Shown here piece by piece: positions 36,338 through 48,600 of a stretch of 64,000 nucleotides of DNA (position 1 is its first letter; each line of letters begins with the position of its first letter). The translations under genes were made by a program, and so were the position numbers. The notes beneath the pieces were generated by a model that had not been told where the DNA came from, did no database searches, and saw nothing but the letters and a program-made list of their open reading frames with translations. Source of the stretch: Saprolegnia diclina VS20 (Eukaryota); contig NW_008246071.1 of NCBI RefSeq assembly GCF_000281045.1, positions 633,315 to 697,314 on the forward strand, in the 5' to 3' direction.

Positions 36338-37108
36338 ATGGCGAAGAAGGGGAAGACGGCCGTGATCCTCAACGTGTACGACCTCATGGACGCGAATGCA
36401 TACACGCATGGTAGGTTGACGCTGTGTATGTGAAGGTCCGTCACGAGAGCGTGTAGGGCTCGGCCTTGGGGCCTTCCACTCGGGCGTCGACATTGCCGGC
36501 GACGAGTACTCGTTCGCGGGCGGTGCTGGCATCTTCACGTGCCGGCCCAAGCAGGCCGACGGCGCCGTCTTCCGCGAGTCCATTCCCATGGGCTACTTCG
36601 AAGGGTCGTCCAACGACGCTCGACAGGTCCTCGATGAGCTGCGGTCCGAGTTCCAAGGCCACCAGTACAACCTCCTGACAAAGTATCTGCAACCTGCGGC
36701 TATGTGGCAAACTCACAGAGCTCTCTTGGCAATAGGAACTGCAACACTTTCTCCAACGAGCTCTGTCTGCGACTCCTTGGCGTCCCGATTCCCGCCTACG
36801 TCAACCGCATGGCGTACCTCGGGTCGTTCTTGAGCTGTCTCTTGCCGCGCGAGCTCACGGGCCAAGCGCCCGTCGAGGGCGACTCGACACCTGTAGCGGC
36901 AACCAACCAAAGGCCATCGTACACGTCGTTTGGCGGTAAGACATTCTGTGATGAACGTGCAAATGCTCATGTCGATAGCGTAGGCTCGGGCATCTCACTC
37001 CGTGGCACGGCGCCCACTACGGACACGGACGAAGACATGGAGGTACGCCGAGAGAAGCGGCGCCTCGCTGCCATGCGGCGCATCGAGCTCATGCAACAAA
37101 GCTCGTAA
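36338..37108 (+). CDS. PPPDE/DeSI family deubiquitinase/desumoylase (DESI2-like)
   Basis: VILNVYDL, GLGAFHSGVDIAGDEYSF (catalytic His), YNLLTK|NCNTFS (catalytic Cys), IPAYVNRMA. Confidence 0.92.
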
Positions 37109-38115
37109 GGGCTCTATTAAACTACGCACAACAATATCACCTCATCCCACCTACTGTATTACCATCCCCAAATCATCTTAGCGGATTGTGGCGCTCGGTT
37201 TGGTGCTCGAGACCTCTCGACAAGCTCTCACGTCAATCTGCTTGACGAAAAGTTGCTTGTTACGTTAGGCCTTGGACGTGTCGCTGTGAAGAAGCATGAT
37301 CACCACCCTTCTTTCCGTCACAAGGTCCTAGGACAACCTATCTTGAGGTGGCCGTCGAGTGTCCCGACGCCGAGGTCACCCTTGTAGCCCTTTCCGTCAA
37401 CTGTTTGCTTGGTCTTGGCGTCGCCCTTGATAAAGCGTGCAAAGATGGAAGCCATGTAGCACACCTAGCCGCAGCTTTGGCAGCAAGCGCGTCGCTGTCG
37501 CCGTGGTGACGTTGCAGCCTACTGGGCACGATCGTCATCTTGCAGCACGACACAGACGTGCCGAGCGTGCGAGGTGCCCTGCCTCCAGCGCTGTAGCCTC
37601 GAGAACGACGACCGAAAAGAGGCTGCTACAGACGCCAAGGCCATTTCAATCGTCTTCCATCCATAGCAGGTGGTCCAGGGAGCCCAAACACCAAAGAATG
37701 ACGCTCATTGCGTGCCTACAGCTCGAGCTATGTACCATTCAAGTCGTGAAAACTGGTACGAAACCTGTAGTATCAATGTATCAGTGTATCAACCCACCGT
37801 CAAACCCAAACGCGTCTAGCACACGCTGCAGACACGCTACGAGCACCATACGTAGGGCATTGAGCTCCCCACGACTTCCGCTATCCATGTAGAATGAAAC
37901 AAAAGAGTTCGTTCCAAACGCCAAAGTCGTCCATGAGCAGCCGACGAGCAGCCGTGCACATCAGATCCGGATAATGTTCACCGGATAAGAACACTGTGCC
38001 ACCAGTAGACTGCCGAATATAAGAGAACGTACGACCTTCCAACATGGCAGATGCCGAAACTCGCGTTCGGCGACAGGCCATTGGCTAAAATTCGGTCGTG
38101 CGCTGGCAGCCGAGC

Positions 38116-38616
38116 ATGACTGCCCCGCGCTTGCCGTTCTTCGTCTATGGCACGCTCATGTACGTCCATCTGCAGGAGACATGCTGGTCTCATGGCTGCT
38201 GCAGGAAGGGCTTCCGCAACTACGACAAGCACGTGCGTGGCTTCTCCAGCCTACGCTTCGTGCACGACCGCGCCTACGTCAAACGTGCGGCCTTGTATCA
38301 CTTTGAGTACGGGTACCCGGGCCTCTATGCGACGGCGTCCGACGACTGCGTCTACGGTGAGCTCTTGACGGCCGACGATCCTGCCGAATACGATCAGCTT
38401 CTGAAGGACTTGGATGCTCTGGAAGAGTACTTTGCGCCGAACGACCCGACCAACGAGTATGACCGCGTCCGTGTCCAAGTACACACTGCGGACGGCGGGC
38501 GCATTGACGCATGGGTCTACTACTGCAAGATTCCGCTCGAGAACGCAAAGGAGCGCGTCGTCAGCGGCGACTGGCGCGCGTACATGACACCGATGCAGCA
38601 GACAATGTTTCTTTAG
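38116..38616 (+). CDS. Gamma-glutamylcyclotransferase, AIG2/GGACT-like
   Basis: LPFFVYGTLM|KGFRNY, YGYPGLY, VYGELL, LDALEEY, YDRVRV, AWVY, SGDW; one 45-nt in-frame intron near 38160-38204. Confidence 0.9.
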   Translation: MTAPRLPFFVYGTLMYVHLQETCWSHGCCRKGFRNYDKHVRGFSSLRFVHDRAYVKRAALYHFEYGYPGLYATASDDCVYGELLTADDPAEYDQLLKDLDALEEYFAPNDPTNEYDRVRVQVHTADGGRIDAWVYYCKIPLENAKERVVSGDWRAYMTPMQQTMFL

Positions 38617-39739
38617 TGGCGCCGAGCGGCCTTTTTAATGTCGGCTTTTCGCGCTCGAATCACCGCGAGCTCGTCGTCAATAGCTTGTCGCGCTTCCTTA
38701 CTCGTCTCGGTCTGTTGCCGCTCCCGCAGCCGCGCTTCTCGGTCCCGCAAAACGACGAGGAGTGGTTTCTGAACAGCGTCGGTGGCCTGCGCCATGACAT
38801 GCTCCACGACCGAGGGCGCCTCGTCCGAGCCTTGTGCGAAAAAGCCGCCGAGGCCACTCGCGCCAAAGAGCACCATCCAAAAGCCCGTCCAGTGGTACGC
38901 CCGGAGCTCGGTGAGGTGCAGTTTGAGCTGCTTGGCATTCTTCTTGACCAACGCGCCTTGGGTGTTGGAGCAGCTCTCGCACTGCGGATAATACCTAGTA
39001 CCCAGAGATGCTTGAGAGTATTACGGTGACGCGTACGCGTACCGCTGTGTGACGGGACCAAAGAGTTTGGCCCACAGTCGTGCGTTCTCGGCCTTGGCGA
39101 CCAGCACGGGCGGCATGTGGTCGGCGTGGTATTTGGACCGCTTCGTACCGCACGTGTGGCAGCCGTAGAGGCGGCCAAAGCTTTGAATGACGGCCCGCGC
39201 ATTTCCATCAGCGTACTATCGGAGCTCAGACGACGATGAAATCTTCTGCGATCGTACTTCGATCGTGGCAGGCAGCGAGATGCGCGCGTGCCCGAATGCA
39301 CCGGGGTGTCGAAAGTCGCTCGGAGCAAGCGCGCGGAACCGGCCACCAAGAAGCCTACGATGCGTGGGAATCATTGGACCGCCACAGTGGCCACGTACCG
39401 GAAGAGGAGAAGCCCCGAGGTAGCGGCCGCCGTGAGCTCGAGCGGCGTTGGCTCCGTTGAATTATGGCGAAGGCAGAAGGCACCGGCCATTGCGCTTGAA
39501 GACGCCACGCCAAGGCCACCGAGGAGGCTCGGCAAGACGGGCATCGCGACCGAGACGCGCACAATGTACATGGAGAGTTGGGTCAGCGAGACGCCGCCGA
39601 GGAAGAGCGCGCCGCCGCCTACAGCATCGATCGCTGTCCGCTCGAGCGCGCCCACGAGAACTTGGCTGCGCAAGGCCACAAGCTTCGCCTGCCACTGCGC
39701 CAGCCGCTCCTCCCACGCGCTGTCTTCGTCGTTCACCAT
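38613..39739 (-). CDS. Membrane protein (330 aa) with HNH/zinc-binding module GCHTCG…DHMPP…YPQCESCS
   Basis: Exons 39399-39739, 39258-39354, 39043-39215 and 38613-38994 total 993 nt with GT-AG introns. Gly/Ala-rich hydrophobic N-half, HNH-like centre, C-terminal TM and coiled coil. Confidence 0.8.
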
Positions 39740-39821
39740 GCCCTTTGACCGAGGGATACGATTCGTTAAAATCCTGGCGTTTCAAACCCTGCTTTGTATA
39801 CGATTCGTCGCGCCATTAGCA

Positions 39822-39868
39822 TTTCAGCCAATGGTGTGGGGCTGTCAGAGCGCACCGATTGGCTGAAA
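39822..39868. promoter_or_regulatory. Inverted repeat containing two opposed CCAAT boxes
   Basis: TTTCAGCCAAT (39822-39832) and ATTGGCTGAAA (39858-39868) are exact reverse complements; located in the divergent intergenic region between the HNH gene and the P450. Confidence 0.5.
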
Positions 39869-40707
39869 CGGTATCTTTTTAGAGCGCCTTCAAACGCGGC
39901 CCTAGCCCTTGCGTTTTGTCTGAACTGTGATGTGCAGCGACTGACCTTATGTTCGAGATGAGTATTTCAGGCGAGTTGTCTATGGCCGCGCGCTCCATCG
40001 CGTGGCAAGCTGTTTTCTTTGACTTTGCAATGTGGGGGAGCGTGTTTCGAAGCACGACGAGATATTTTCGTCGGGGGGGGCTCGGCTTGCAAGGTTGCTG
40101 CGCGTCTCATATTCCCGCCAAAATTTTGAAGCCTAAAACTCAAAAATACATGTCAACATAGCGGTCAGCTTCCTCGCGGCAGCTGCCATGGGCGCAAAAC
40201 CTCAAGCTTTTGCCACTCGACTCGTCGCTCGTCGCGAGCTCACGTTTCTTGACGTGATTCCTTTTCTTTCGATCCGATAGACGACGAGCAAAGTGCAATG
40301 TCAACGTCTTGAAGCTCGAGAAGCCAATGATCGAGCGCTGGTGTGACTGATTGACGACCGGTCAGTCCGATCAGCATAAGCTCGTGGGGGGCACCAACAC
40401 ACCATTGACTCACCGTGTGCGTGTGCTAGTGTAGATCATGAGCATCTCTGTGTGTCCCATCCACGAAAGGAGGTTGCTATTTTGGAGCAACAACATATGA
40501 TTTTGAGTATCTCGCCCGTCGTCGCGTGTCATGTTTACGGCGAGGAGGTCGGCAACCGTCCGCAAGGCGTTCCTACTGTAGATATGGACGATGCGATGAT
40601 GCTCCGACACTTCTCGCGTATGTAATGGCCTCTCCGTTTGAAGCCGACCAAATAGCAGATCCGGCCGCGTCGGTCACTTGTCGTACGGCAGTGTTCAATT
40701 CGCCACG

Positions 40708-42374
40708 ATGGCCACGATCAACGCGAGCCTTCACGATGCAATTACTTACTATCAGTGCGGCGGCGTCGACTTGTTGAAGTCACTGTCGCCCAGCGTCGTG
40801 CGACTGGATGTTCTCCTCCTCCGCACATTGGTTGCGGTCGCGGTGGTCGCGCTGAGCCTGTGTTTCCTCCCGACCACGTGGGCCACGATTGCACAAAAGC
40901 ACCGCATCGCCAGCGCGCTACGAAGCTTGCCCGGCCCCCCGGGGCTTCCCCTCCTCGGCAACTTGATCCAGCTCGGGCAGCACATGCACGACCTGCACCT
41001 CTGGAAGGTATACTCCATGTCCAGTGACCATGAAAGCTCAGCGTGCGTATGTAGCGCCACTTGGCTACGGTCTACGGGTCCACGTATGCGATTCGCGTCG
41101 ACTTGGTCATGAACGGCTCGATCGTGACCAACAAGCCGTGCAACATTGAACACATTCTGAGCACCAACTGCAGCAACTACGTCAAGCCACAGATCATCCA
41201 AGACGTGTGCAAGGAGGTGATGGGGCAATCCATCTTTGCCATCAACCCCGACTCGCCGCTCTGGGCGTGCCAGCGCAAGCTCATGGCCAACATGTTTTCC
41301 GTCAACTCGTTCCGGAAATACATGGACTCGGTGTTTGTGGATGCGGCTGATGCTGCGCTCGGTCGGCTAGATGCTGCCGCACGCCGCAACGACACGGTCA
41401 ACCTCGAGACGACGCTGCTCACGCTCACGACCACGATTGCCTTTCGCATCGGGTTTGGGCGCCACGTGCCAGAGGCCATGACCACCGACGCGTTCCATGG
41501 GCTCTTTCGCGAGGCGGGGGCAATCACCGCCAACCGCTTCACGCGCCCGTGGTACAAGTTTGCCGGCGCGGTTTTGCCGTCTGAAGCCCGGCTCCGGACT
41601 GTCGTCGGTGAAATCGATGCGGCTTTGTATGCGCTCATTGCGGAGCGGAAGGCGGCGCCCGTGACTCCGAGTGCGGTGGATGTGCTCTCGCAGCTGCTTG
41701 ACCAGCAGCGCCGCGGCCTTCTCGAGCTCAGCGATACGGTCGTGCGCGACACGATGATGACGGTGCTCTTGGCGGGGCGCGAGACGGTCGCGAGCGGCCT
41801 CCTCTGGATCCTCTATTGTGTGAGTCGCCACCCGGCAGTCGAAGCCAAGCTTTTGGCCGAAGTCGACGGAGTGTCGAGCGTCGACTACGAGTCAATGAGC
41901 AGCCTTGTTTACATGGAAGCCGTCATGAAGGAGACGTGGCGGCTCTTTCCCCCAACGCCGCTCGAGCTCAAGGCGGCGGTTGCGGACGACGTGTTGCCTG
42001 ATGGCACGTTTGTGCCGGCGGGTGTCAACGTCGAGTTTTCGCCGTTCGTAATGAACCGGGATCCGACCCGGTGGCGCAACCCCGATGCGTTCGAGCCCGA
42101 ACGCTGGCTCGAGCCCGGGTTCTCGCCCACCGATTTCGAGTACCCGGTTTTCAACGCCGGCAAGCGCAAGTGCGTCGGTCAGCGCATCGCGATGCTCCAG
42201 ACAAAGTTCATTCTCTGCAAGCTCTACCGCCACCTCCGATTTGACATGCTCGATGAGAAGGACCCGACGTTTGCGCTCGGCATCTCTCTCTTTCCGACCA
42301 ACGGCATGGCTGTCAAGCCCGTCTTGCGTCGGCCGTCCAGCACGCTCTCAACGACGCCGGCACCCGCGGCATAA
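40708..42374 (+). CDS. Cytochrome P450, CYP86-clan-like (fatty-acid hydroxylase type)
   Basis: TM anchor, PGPPGLPLLGN, I-helix AGRETVA, ETWRLFPP (ExxR), FEPERW, heme motif FNAGKRKCVG; one intron (~41008-41054). Confidence 0.95.
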
Positions 42375-42678
42375 ACGCCAAGTCTTCTCGTAGTGTGCAC
42401 TGTTGTACAAAATGTGGCGTCCATTAAATTGTCCATCTTTTCTCTCAATCTCAAACTCAAAAATCGTCTTACAGCATAGTATCAAATGAAATGCGCGTGA
42501 ACTTTTCATTGCAATGACCCCGATATCGCTCGGGCCCGTCCCCACTTGGGTTCTAGCAAGGTATGGTTCGAGTGTACGCCGATGAGCATGTTCATGCCCC
42601 CCACACGGCACTGTGCTCCTTCCGCAATGCTTGCGGTGGCCATGGTTGAATAAACCGTGACGTATGTACAATACGATC

Positions 42679-45600
42679 TTAGTAACGCAGCGAGAGAAAG
42701 CACGCAACACCCGCCTTGATCCAATAATCTTGGTCGGCGAATTGCACCTAAACGCCATGAAAGGTTGGGTGTGGCAAGAGTCGGTACCTGAAGGTTGGTC
42801 TCGGACACGAGCGAGTTGCGCCAGATCGTGTCCTTATCCGACGGGATCTCGATCCACATGACAAAGTTGGTCGAGTGGCCCGTTGTCGAAAGCGTCCCGG
42901 TTCGTGTCAGAATCTTGTAGACCGGGCAGCGGTAAATGCCACTCTGCGGCGCTTGTCGGCTCCGGATCGGCATCAAGTGGATCACCTACGCCGCGTCTTC
43001 TCCACATCTCATACAGTTTAGTTGCGCACCGGCATCTTGGAGAATAATTCCTTCGGGTTGGGGTCCACGAGCGACTTGCGCTGGTAGTCCCACCGCGCGC
43101 CTTCGATGAAGAGCCCGTACGTGTAGCAGCCGCCTTGCACGGGCTTGACGATGATCTTGTCGACGGGTTCCGGGTGCATGATGAAGTCCCACGACAGCGT
43201 GTCGATCGGAATGTTGAAGCCACGCGCGTGGTTTTGCAGAATGCCCGTGAGGAATCCTTGTGGAAAGAAGAACCCCGACATCCACAGCACGGGCGGGATG
43301 CCATCAGCGACCCAATTAGTCACAAACTTGAGCCGCTCGAGGAGCTCGTCGACCCAAGGGTTGAGTGCTTTGAGCGACGGGTACGCCTTGCGCTCCCAGA
43401 GAGGTGGCACCTATCGCACTGTCGTATTGCACGCCAATCAAGTTTATACCGCGTACCTTTTGGTTGAAGATGCACGTCGACATGGTCTCGAGCTCGGCTG
43501 ACATGACGACGAGCCCTTTGAGCGCCCGCTGAAGCAGCGGCAACGACGTCTTCATGACGTGAAGCAGGTTGTTGTAGCGCTGCGCTTCTTGGACCAGGAC
43601 CGTGTTCATCGACTCCTCGTACATGACGGGGTACCGGACGCTGATGAATTCAATGTCGAAGAGCGGCGGGAGCTTGGACTCGATGTCTTTGGCTTGGAGC
43701 TCGATGATCATCTCTTGGCTCTGGCCAGCCCCCGAGCTCATGCGCGGCTGGAGACTCAGAACAATGTCAAAGTTGTTGAACGTCTCGGCCATCGCGCACG
43801 TAATGTTGGCGTTTTCATGCATGCCAAACACTTCAGGGTCCGGGTTGAGCGGGAGACCGTCAATGTACGAGAGGTAGTGGTTGAGCGTCGCGCTCGGTGC
43901 TTGCGGGTTCGAGACCGCGATCGACTTGTACGTGCCGCTGGCCGAGAAGGCGTAGTTGTCGAGCAATATCTTGTCGTTGAAAAAGCCCTCGAGGATCACG
44001 TCGATCGTGCGCATGTCCTTGTCGTCCGTGACGCGTCCGCCATAGTTGACGACGGACGTCATGACGCAAAGGACGCGGTACGGCACAACTTCGTAAAAAT
44101 CCAAAAACATTTCGAGCTGCGCCCGGGAAATGTCATAGTCCGTGTCGTTAAACGCATATGGGATATTCCACCCCAGTGGCCCGAACCGCTTGCGCTCAAT
44201 CACGACCGCGTGGAAGAAGGCGAGGCCAAAGAGCAGCTTCCGGTACTTCTCCGGCTTGCTCGTCGCATCGAGCATCTCGTCGGTCATCTTGATGTACGAG
44301 TTTTTCAAGTTGGCGCGAATGCCCTTTGGTGGTTCCTTGGTCATTTTGACGCCGTTCTGGAGCACGGATGTCGGAAACGAAGCACTCGGGCGCGACGTGA
44401 GCCAGAGTCGAAAGTCGCGGTGCGTTGTCTCGGGGTTGAGCTCCTCACAGATGCGCTCGAGGGACGGCATCCACGAAATCGCGAGGTGGCAGTTCTGCAG
44501 CAGCACCCACTTGCCACTCGAGATCGCATCTTCAATCATCTTGGTGGCAATGACGCCTTGGCCTTGCCCGAGCGAGATCGAGTTGAACTTGCGGCCCATC
44601 TTCATCACGTCGGCAAACTGGAGAAGGTCTTTGGCCGGGTCCGAGCCCGTCGAGAGGATAAAAATGAGCGGCGTCGTGACACTCGCGTCCGCAAATGAAC
44701 CTGGCAAGTCGAACGTCGGCGGCTCAATGAAGCGCTGGCCGAGCTGCTCGGCGACAAATAGCTGGATTGCCTCCATCATGCGATCGGGGCGGATGCAGCG
44801 GAGGACGCAGAGCTTCTGGAACGTATTGAGTGTGAACGGAAAGTGGCTCGGGAGGCGCGCGAGGTGCGGGTCGACAGCATCAAAAATGCGCCGCCACGCG
44901 TCCGTCTCTTCAACGAGGCACGCGATGAGCGACTCGAACTTTGGAAGCGTCGTGAGGCAGCAAAACTCGGACCACGCCCGGTCTTCGATCCAGTCGGAGC
45001 TCGGGTTGCGGCTGTCTGTATCTTTTGTCGGCGTCGAGCCCGAAATGAGGAAGCGCCACTCCAGCGCGTCAATCTCGTCGCGGCCTTGGAGCAGCTTGAT
45101 CGTCAAGAGAAACGAAAACAGGAGCTTGTGCTCTTCAAAGAGCGACCGGCAAATGTTCTTGTAGAGCGAGTACGTCGTTGAGTCCATGAGGTTCAAAAGC
45201 CGCGTCGCCAGCACGTCGCTCGGCTCGGCCGCGCGGATGCTCTACAGAGAAAGTTGACATGTCGATACTTTGATCGATAGCTATACCTTGACAAAGAGCT
45301 CGACAAACCACGTGAGCGAGTACTGGTACATCGGGTCGACGATCGCGAGGTCTGCAATGCAGAAAAAGAGCAGTGACGCGCGGTTGGCGACGCCGCGATA
45401 CAACTCGCGCGTCTCGTCGATGGTCTTTTCGGTGATTTCGGCCTCGGCCATCTTTTCGTTAATGTCTTCGGACGTCACTTTGGCCTTGCCGAGCATGTCG
45501 ATGAGGTCCGTGTCGTCGAGGATGTTGCCCTGCGAGTTGGCGAGCATGTACAAGATTTTGTTTTCAATGTCGAGGAGCTCGGCCTTCATCTTGGCATTCG

Positions 45601-48600
45601 AGATGACGAGGTTGTTCTTCTTCTCGGCGAGCTCGGGCATCTCTTCTTGGACGACAACACCGAGCGCTTGCTCCTCCAAGCCAAACGGCGTGATGGTAAA
45701 GTTGAGGAGGCACACCTTGACGCACGTTTCCGGAGGGTAGTGCGGGTTGGGCAGCTTTGTCGTCATGAAAAACTTGAACGCCATGTTGTACGGGATCGTC
45801 GAGTCGCCAATCTTCATCATGAGCTGGCCGCCTTGCTTGAACTTGGTTTGGAGCAGCACCGTTTCCAGCGCCGCATCGAGAAACTCCGTCACGTTTTCCA
45901 AAAGAATCCACTTGCCAAACCGGACGCCGTTCTCGAGCGCCTTGATAAAGTTCTTGTCCGAGCTCTTGACCACGTCAATGCCGTTCTCAGACGTATCGCG
46001 CCCCAGCGACTTGATGAACCGGTTGGCTTGGCCCTGCGGGTCGATGAGCAGTGGCCACCGACGCGCGCGCGCCATGATGATGCCATTTTGCACCGAGAGG
46101 TTGTCGGACGGAAGACCCGCAATCTGCCAGCCTCGGACTTTGACCGGGTCGGCGAGCGTCGTAATGATGTTGCAGTTGCGCGTGTGCGGCACGACCTGCT
46201 TGTCGAGGGCGTTGTACCACGACGCAATGCAAATGTCTCGAAACTCGCTCGTAAAGCACCCAAGGTAGCTGATCGTGCCGGACGAGATGACGACGTCGCC
46301 CACGAGGTTGCGAAAATCCATGTTGAGCTGCGAAATCGTGATCGTCCAGCGCGCTTCTTCGCCGCCGAGAAGCGCAATGAGCTTGAGCGCCGACTCTACC
46401 GTGCCGGGCTATGACCCCATGACAATGTACACGAGGACGTACCGAGTCGAATTTCACACTGCCGAACGTCTTGGATGAGCTGGTCTTTCTTGTCGACGGC
46501 GGCGTTGTACCCTGCCTCGAGCTCTTGGAGGCGATTGACGACCGCCTCTAACCGGCCCTTGGCGTCGGCGAGGACGCGCATGGTCACATCGAGCTCCGAC
46601 TGCGCAGTTGCGAGCGCCAGTTTCTTTGGCTCGACCATTTTGGCGATCTTGTTGTACGTGTGCATGGCGCGCACCCACATGCAAATGGCTTCGCAGGCCT
46701 ACCGAGTACCCGTGGAGCTCAGTCGAATACCGTTTACGCGTACCACGGACGCCTTGCGCACCGATGCAGGTAAAAACTCTTCCATCTCCATGTACGGATC
46801 GATTTGCTGGATGATCTTCTCGCCAATGTTGTCCTTGTCAAACTTGACCATGTCTTCGAGGAGCTTCTTTGCGTTGCCGAGGATCGTCTTTTGCGCACTC
46901 TCCCAGTAGTCCTTGATCTTTTGGCCCGGTTTGTCCGGATCCGTCTTGAGCGTCGGCTTGATGCCAAAGATGATGCACGCTGCTTCCATCGTCAACCGGA
47001 CACCGTGCGGCGGGTTCTTCATCGCCTTGACTTCGTCAATGTCCGACTTTTTGAGCTTGTTCAAGCACGCCGTCGCGGCTTCAAGGGCCGGCAGCGCTTC
47101 GTCCAAGTCGCGCTGTGCGTCGTCGGCAATGGCCTTGGTGTCGGCCGCCTTCTTGTTGGCGCCCTCTTCCTCTAAAACATGTGTGTTTGAGTTTTGAGTT
47201 TTGAGAGTCGTTTGAAGTCGTACCCTTCTCAACGACCGCCTTGGTCTCGTCGGCATCCTTCTTGTCTTCAGTGATCTTGATCATCATGGCCTCAACCTCG
47301 ATTTGTGTCTTCTCGAGCTGCGGCTTGAGCGCCACGAGCTGCTCTTGCATGCCGGCGACTTGCTCTTTGGTCGCAATGATCTTGTCGACGCCGTTCTGAA
47401 GGCGACCTAAACCCAGGATGAATCGTCTTGCGATCGAGAGAGTCGTGTACTGATCATCATGGACACTTCTTCGCGCTTGGTTTGCAGAACATTCTTGAAC
47501 GTAAAGAGGAGCTCGAGGTACGATGTCGGCGTCACGTAGTTGTACCGGCGCAGCTTTTGAAAGTAATTGGCCGACTCGTGCTCGACAGTTTGGTGCATGC
47601 TCTACTTGTCCAAGTAACACGCCATCAACATTGTGCAATCACTGCGTACCTGAAAGACGTTGACGACGGGCAGGACGCTGTCGCCGAGCTTGAGGTCGAC
47701 GACCGTGAGCGCGTTCATCGCAACCGACTGCAGCGCTTGGGCGGGCCACTCGCTGAACCAGTCGATTGTACAGCAGTTGACGAGCGACGGAAACATGCGG
47801 ATGCGGTCGCGGAAGGCACTGCCGAGCGGGCTCATGCAGAGCACCATGTGCAAATTCTGACGCACGAGCGTCACGTACTGGCCAAAGATGTTGAGCTTGG
47901 TCGCAGGGATCCGCTTCTTGATGCACATGCCGCGGCAGTGGTTCGTGATCGCGTCAATGTCTTCGGGCGCATACAAATTGGGCACGTCGCCCGTGTTGAG
48001 GATGTTGTTGATGTCCTCGAGCATGATATCGTGCACGATTTGAACATCTGAAAACAAGAAGACGGTCGGCTTTTCGTCGACGCCGGCTTTCATCAGACAC
48101 TTTTTTAGGTCGTCGCGCCAGTCGGCCACCGAGTAGCCCTTGGAGATCTCGATCTGGCTGCAGCCGTACTCGGCCATAAAGGCGGCGAGACGCGTGAGAC
48201 TCTGTCGCCCGCTGCCGCCGACACCCAGCAAGAGGGCATTTCCCTGTGGCTGTCGAATGACCTAATATTGTTGTGTGAGTGGACCGCAATCTGTAGTCAA
48301 CGTACGCGCGCGATGCGGGAAACGTGCTCGATCGCATTCATAAACATGACGAGGTTCATCGGTGCGTTGGACTCGGCGTTGTAGTCGTTGAGGTACTCCT
48401 CCACTTGCGCCACGAGCTTCTCCATGTCGCTAATCTCCTCGTAGATTTTCGGGTCGGCGCCGGGAATCATATAATCGCCAAAGAGCAAGTTGGGTTGGGG
48501 CACGACGAGGCGCCAGCCTTGCGTTTTGCTCTCTTCCATCGCACTCGGATCCTATGGTTACGGTCAATTGCCGGTACATTGTCGTCGCGCACTCGACCTT

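Noticed and set aside
38160..38204. Apparent 15-aa Cys/His insertion in GGCT (YVHLQETCWSHGCCR)
   Set aside because: It is a 45-nt in-frame GT-AG intron; removal restores the family motif YGTLMKG.
40708..42374. P450 as part of a biosynthetic cluster with HMGR or the thioesterase
   Set aside because: The genes are 12-40 kb apart and separated by unrelated housekeeping and flagellar genes; no core synthase is present.
47186..47204. Short TTTTGAG tandem repeat
   Set aside because: About 2.5 copies inside a dynein intron; not telomeric or CRISPR-like.
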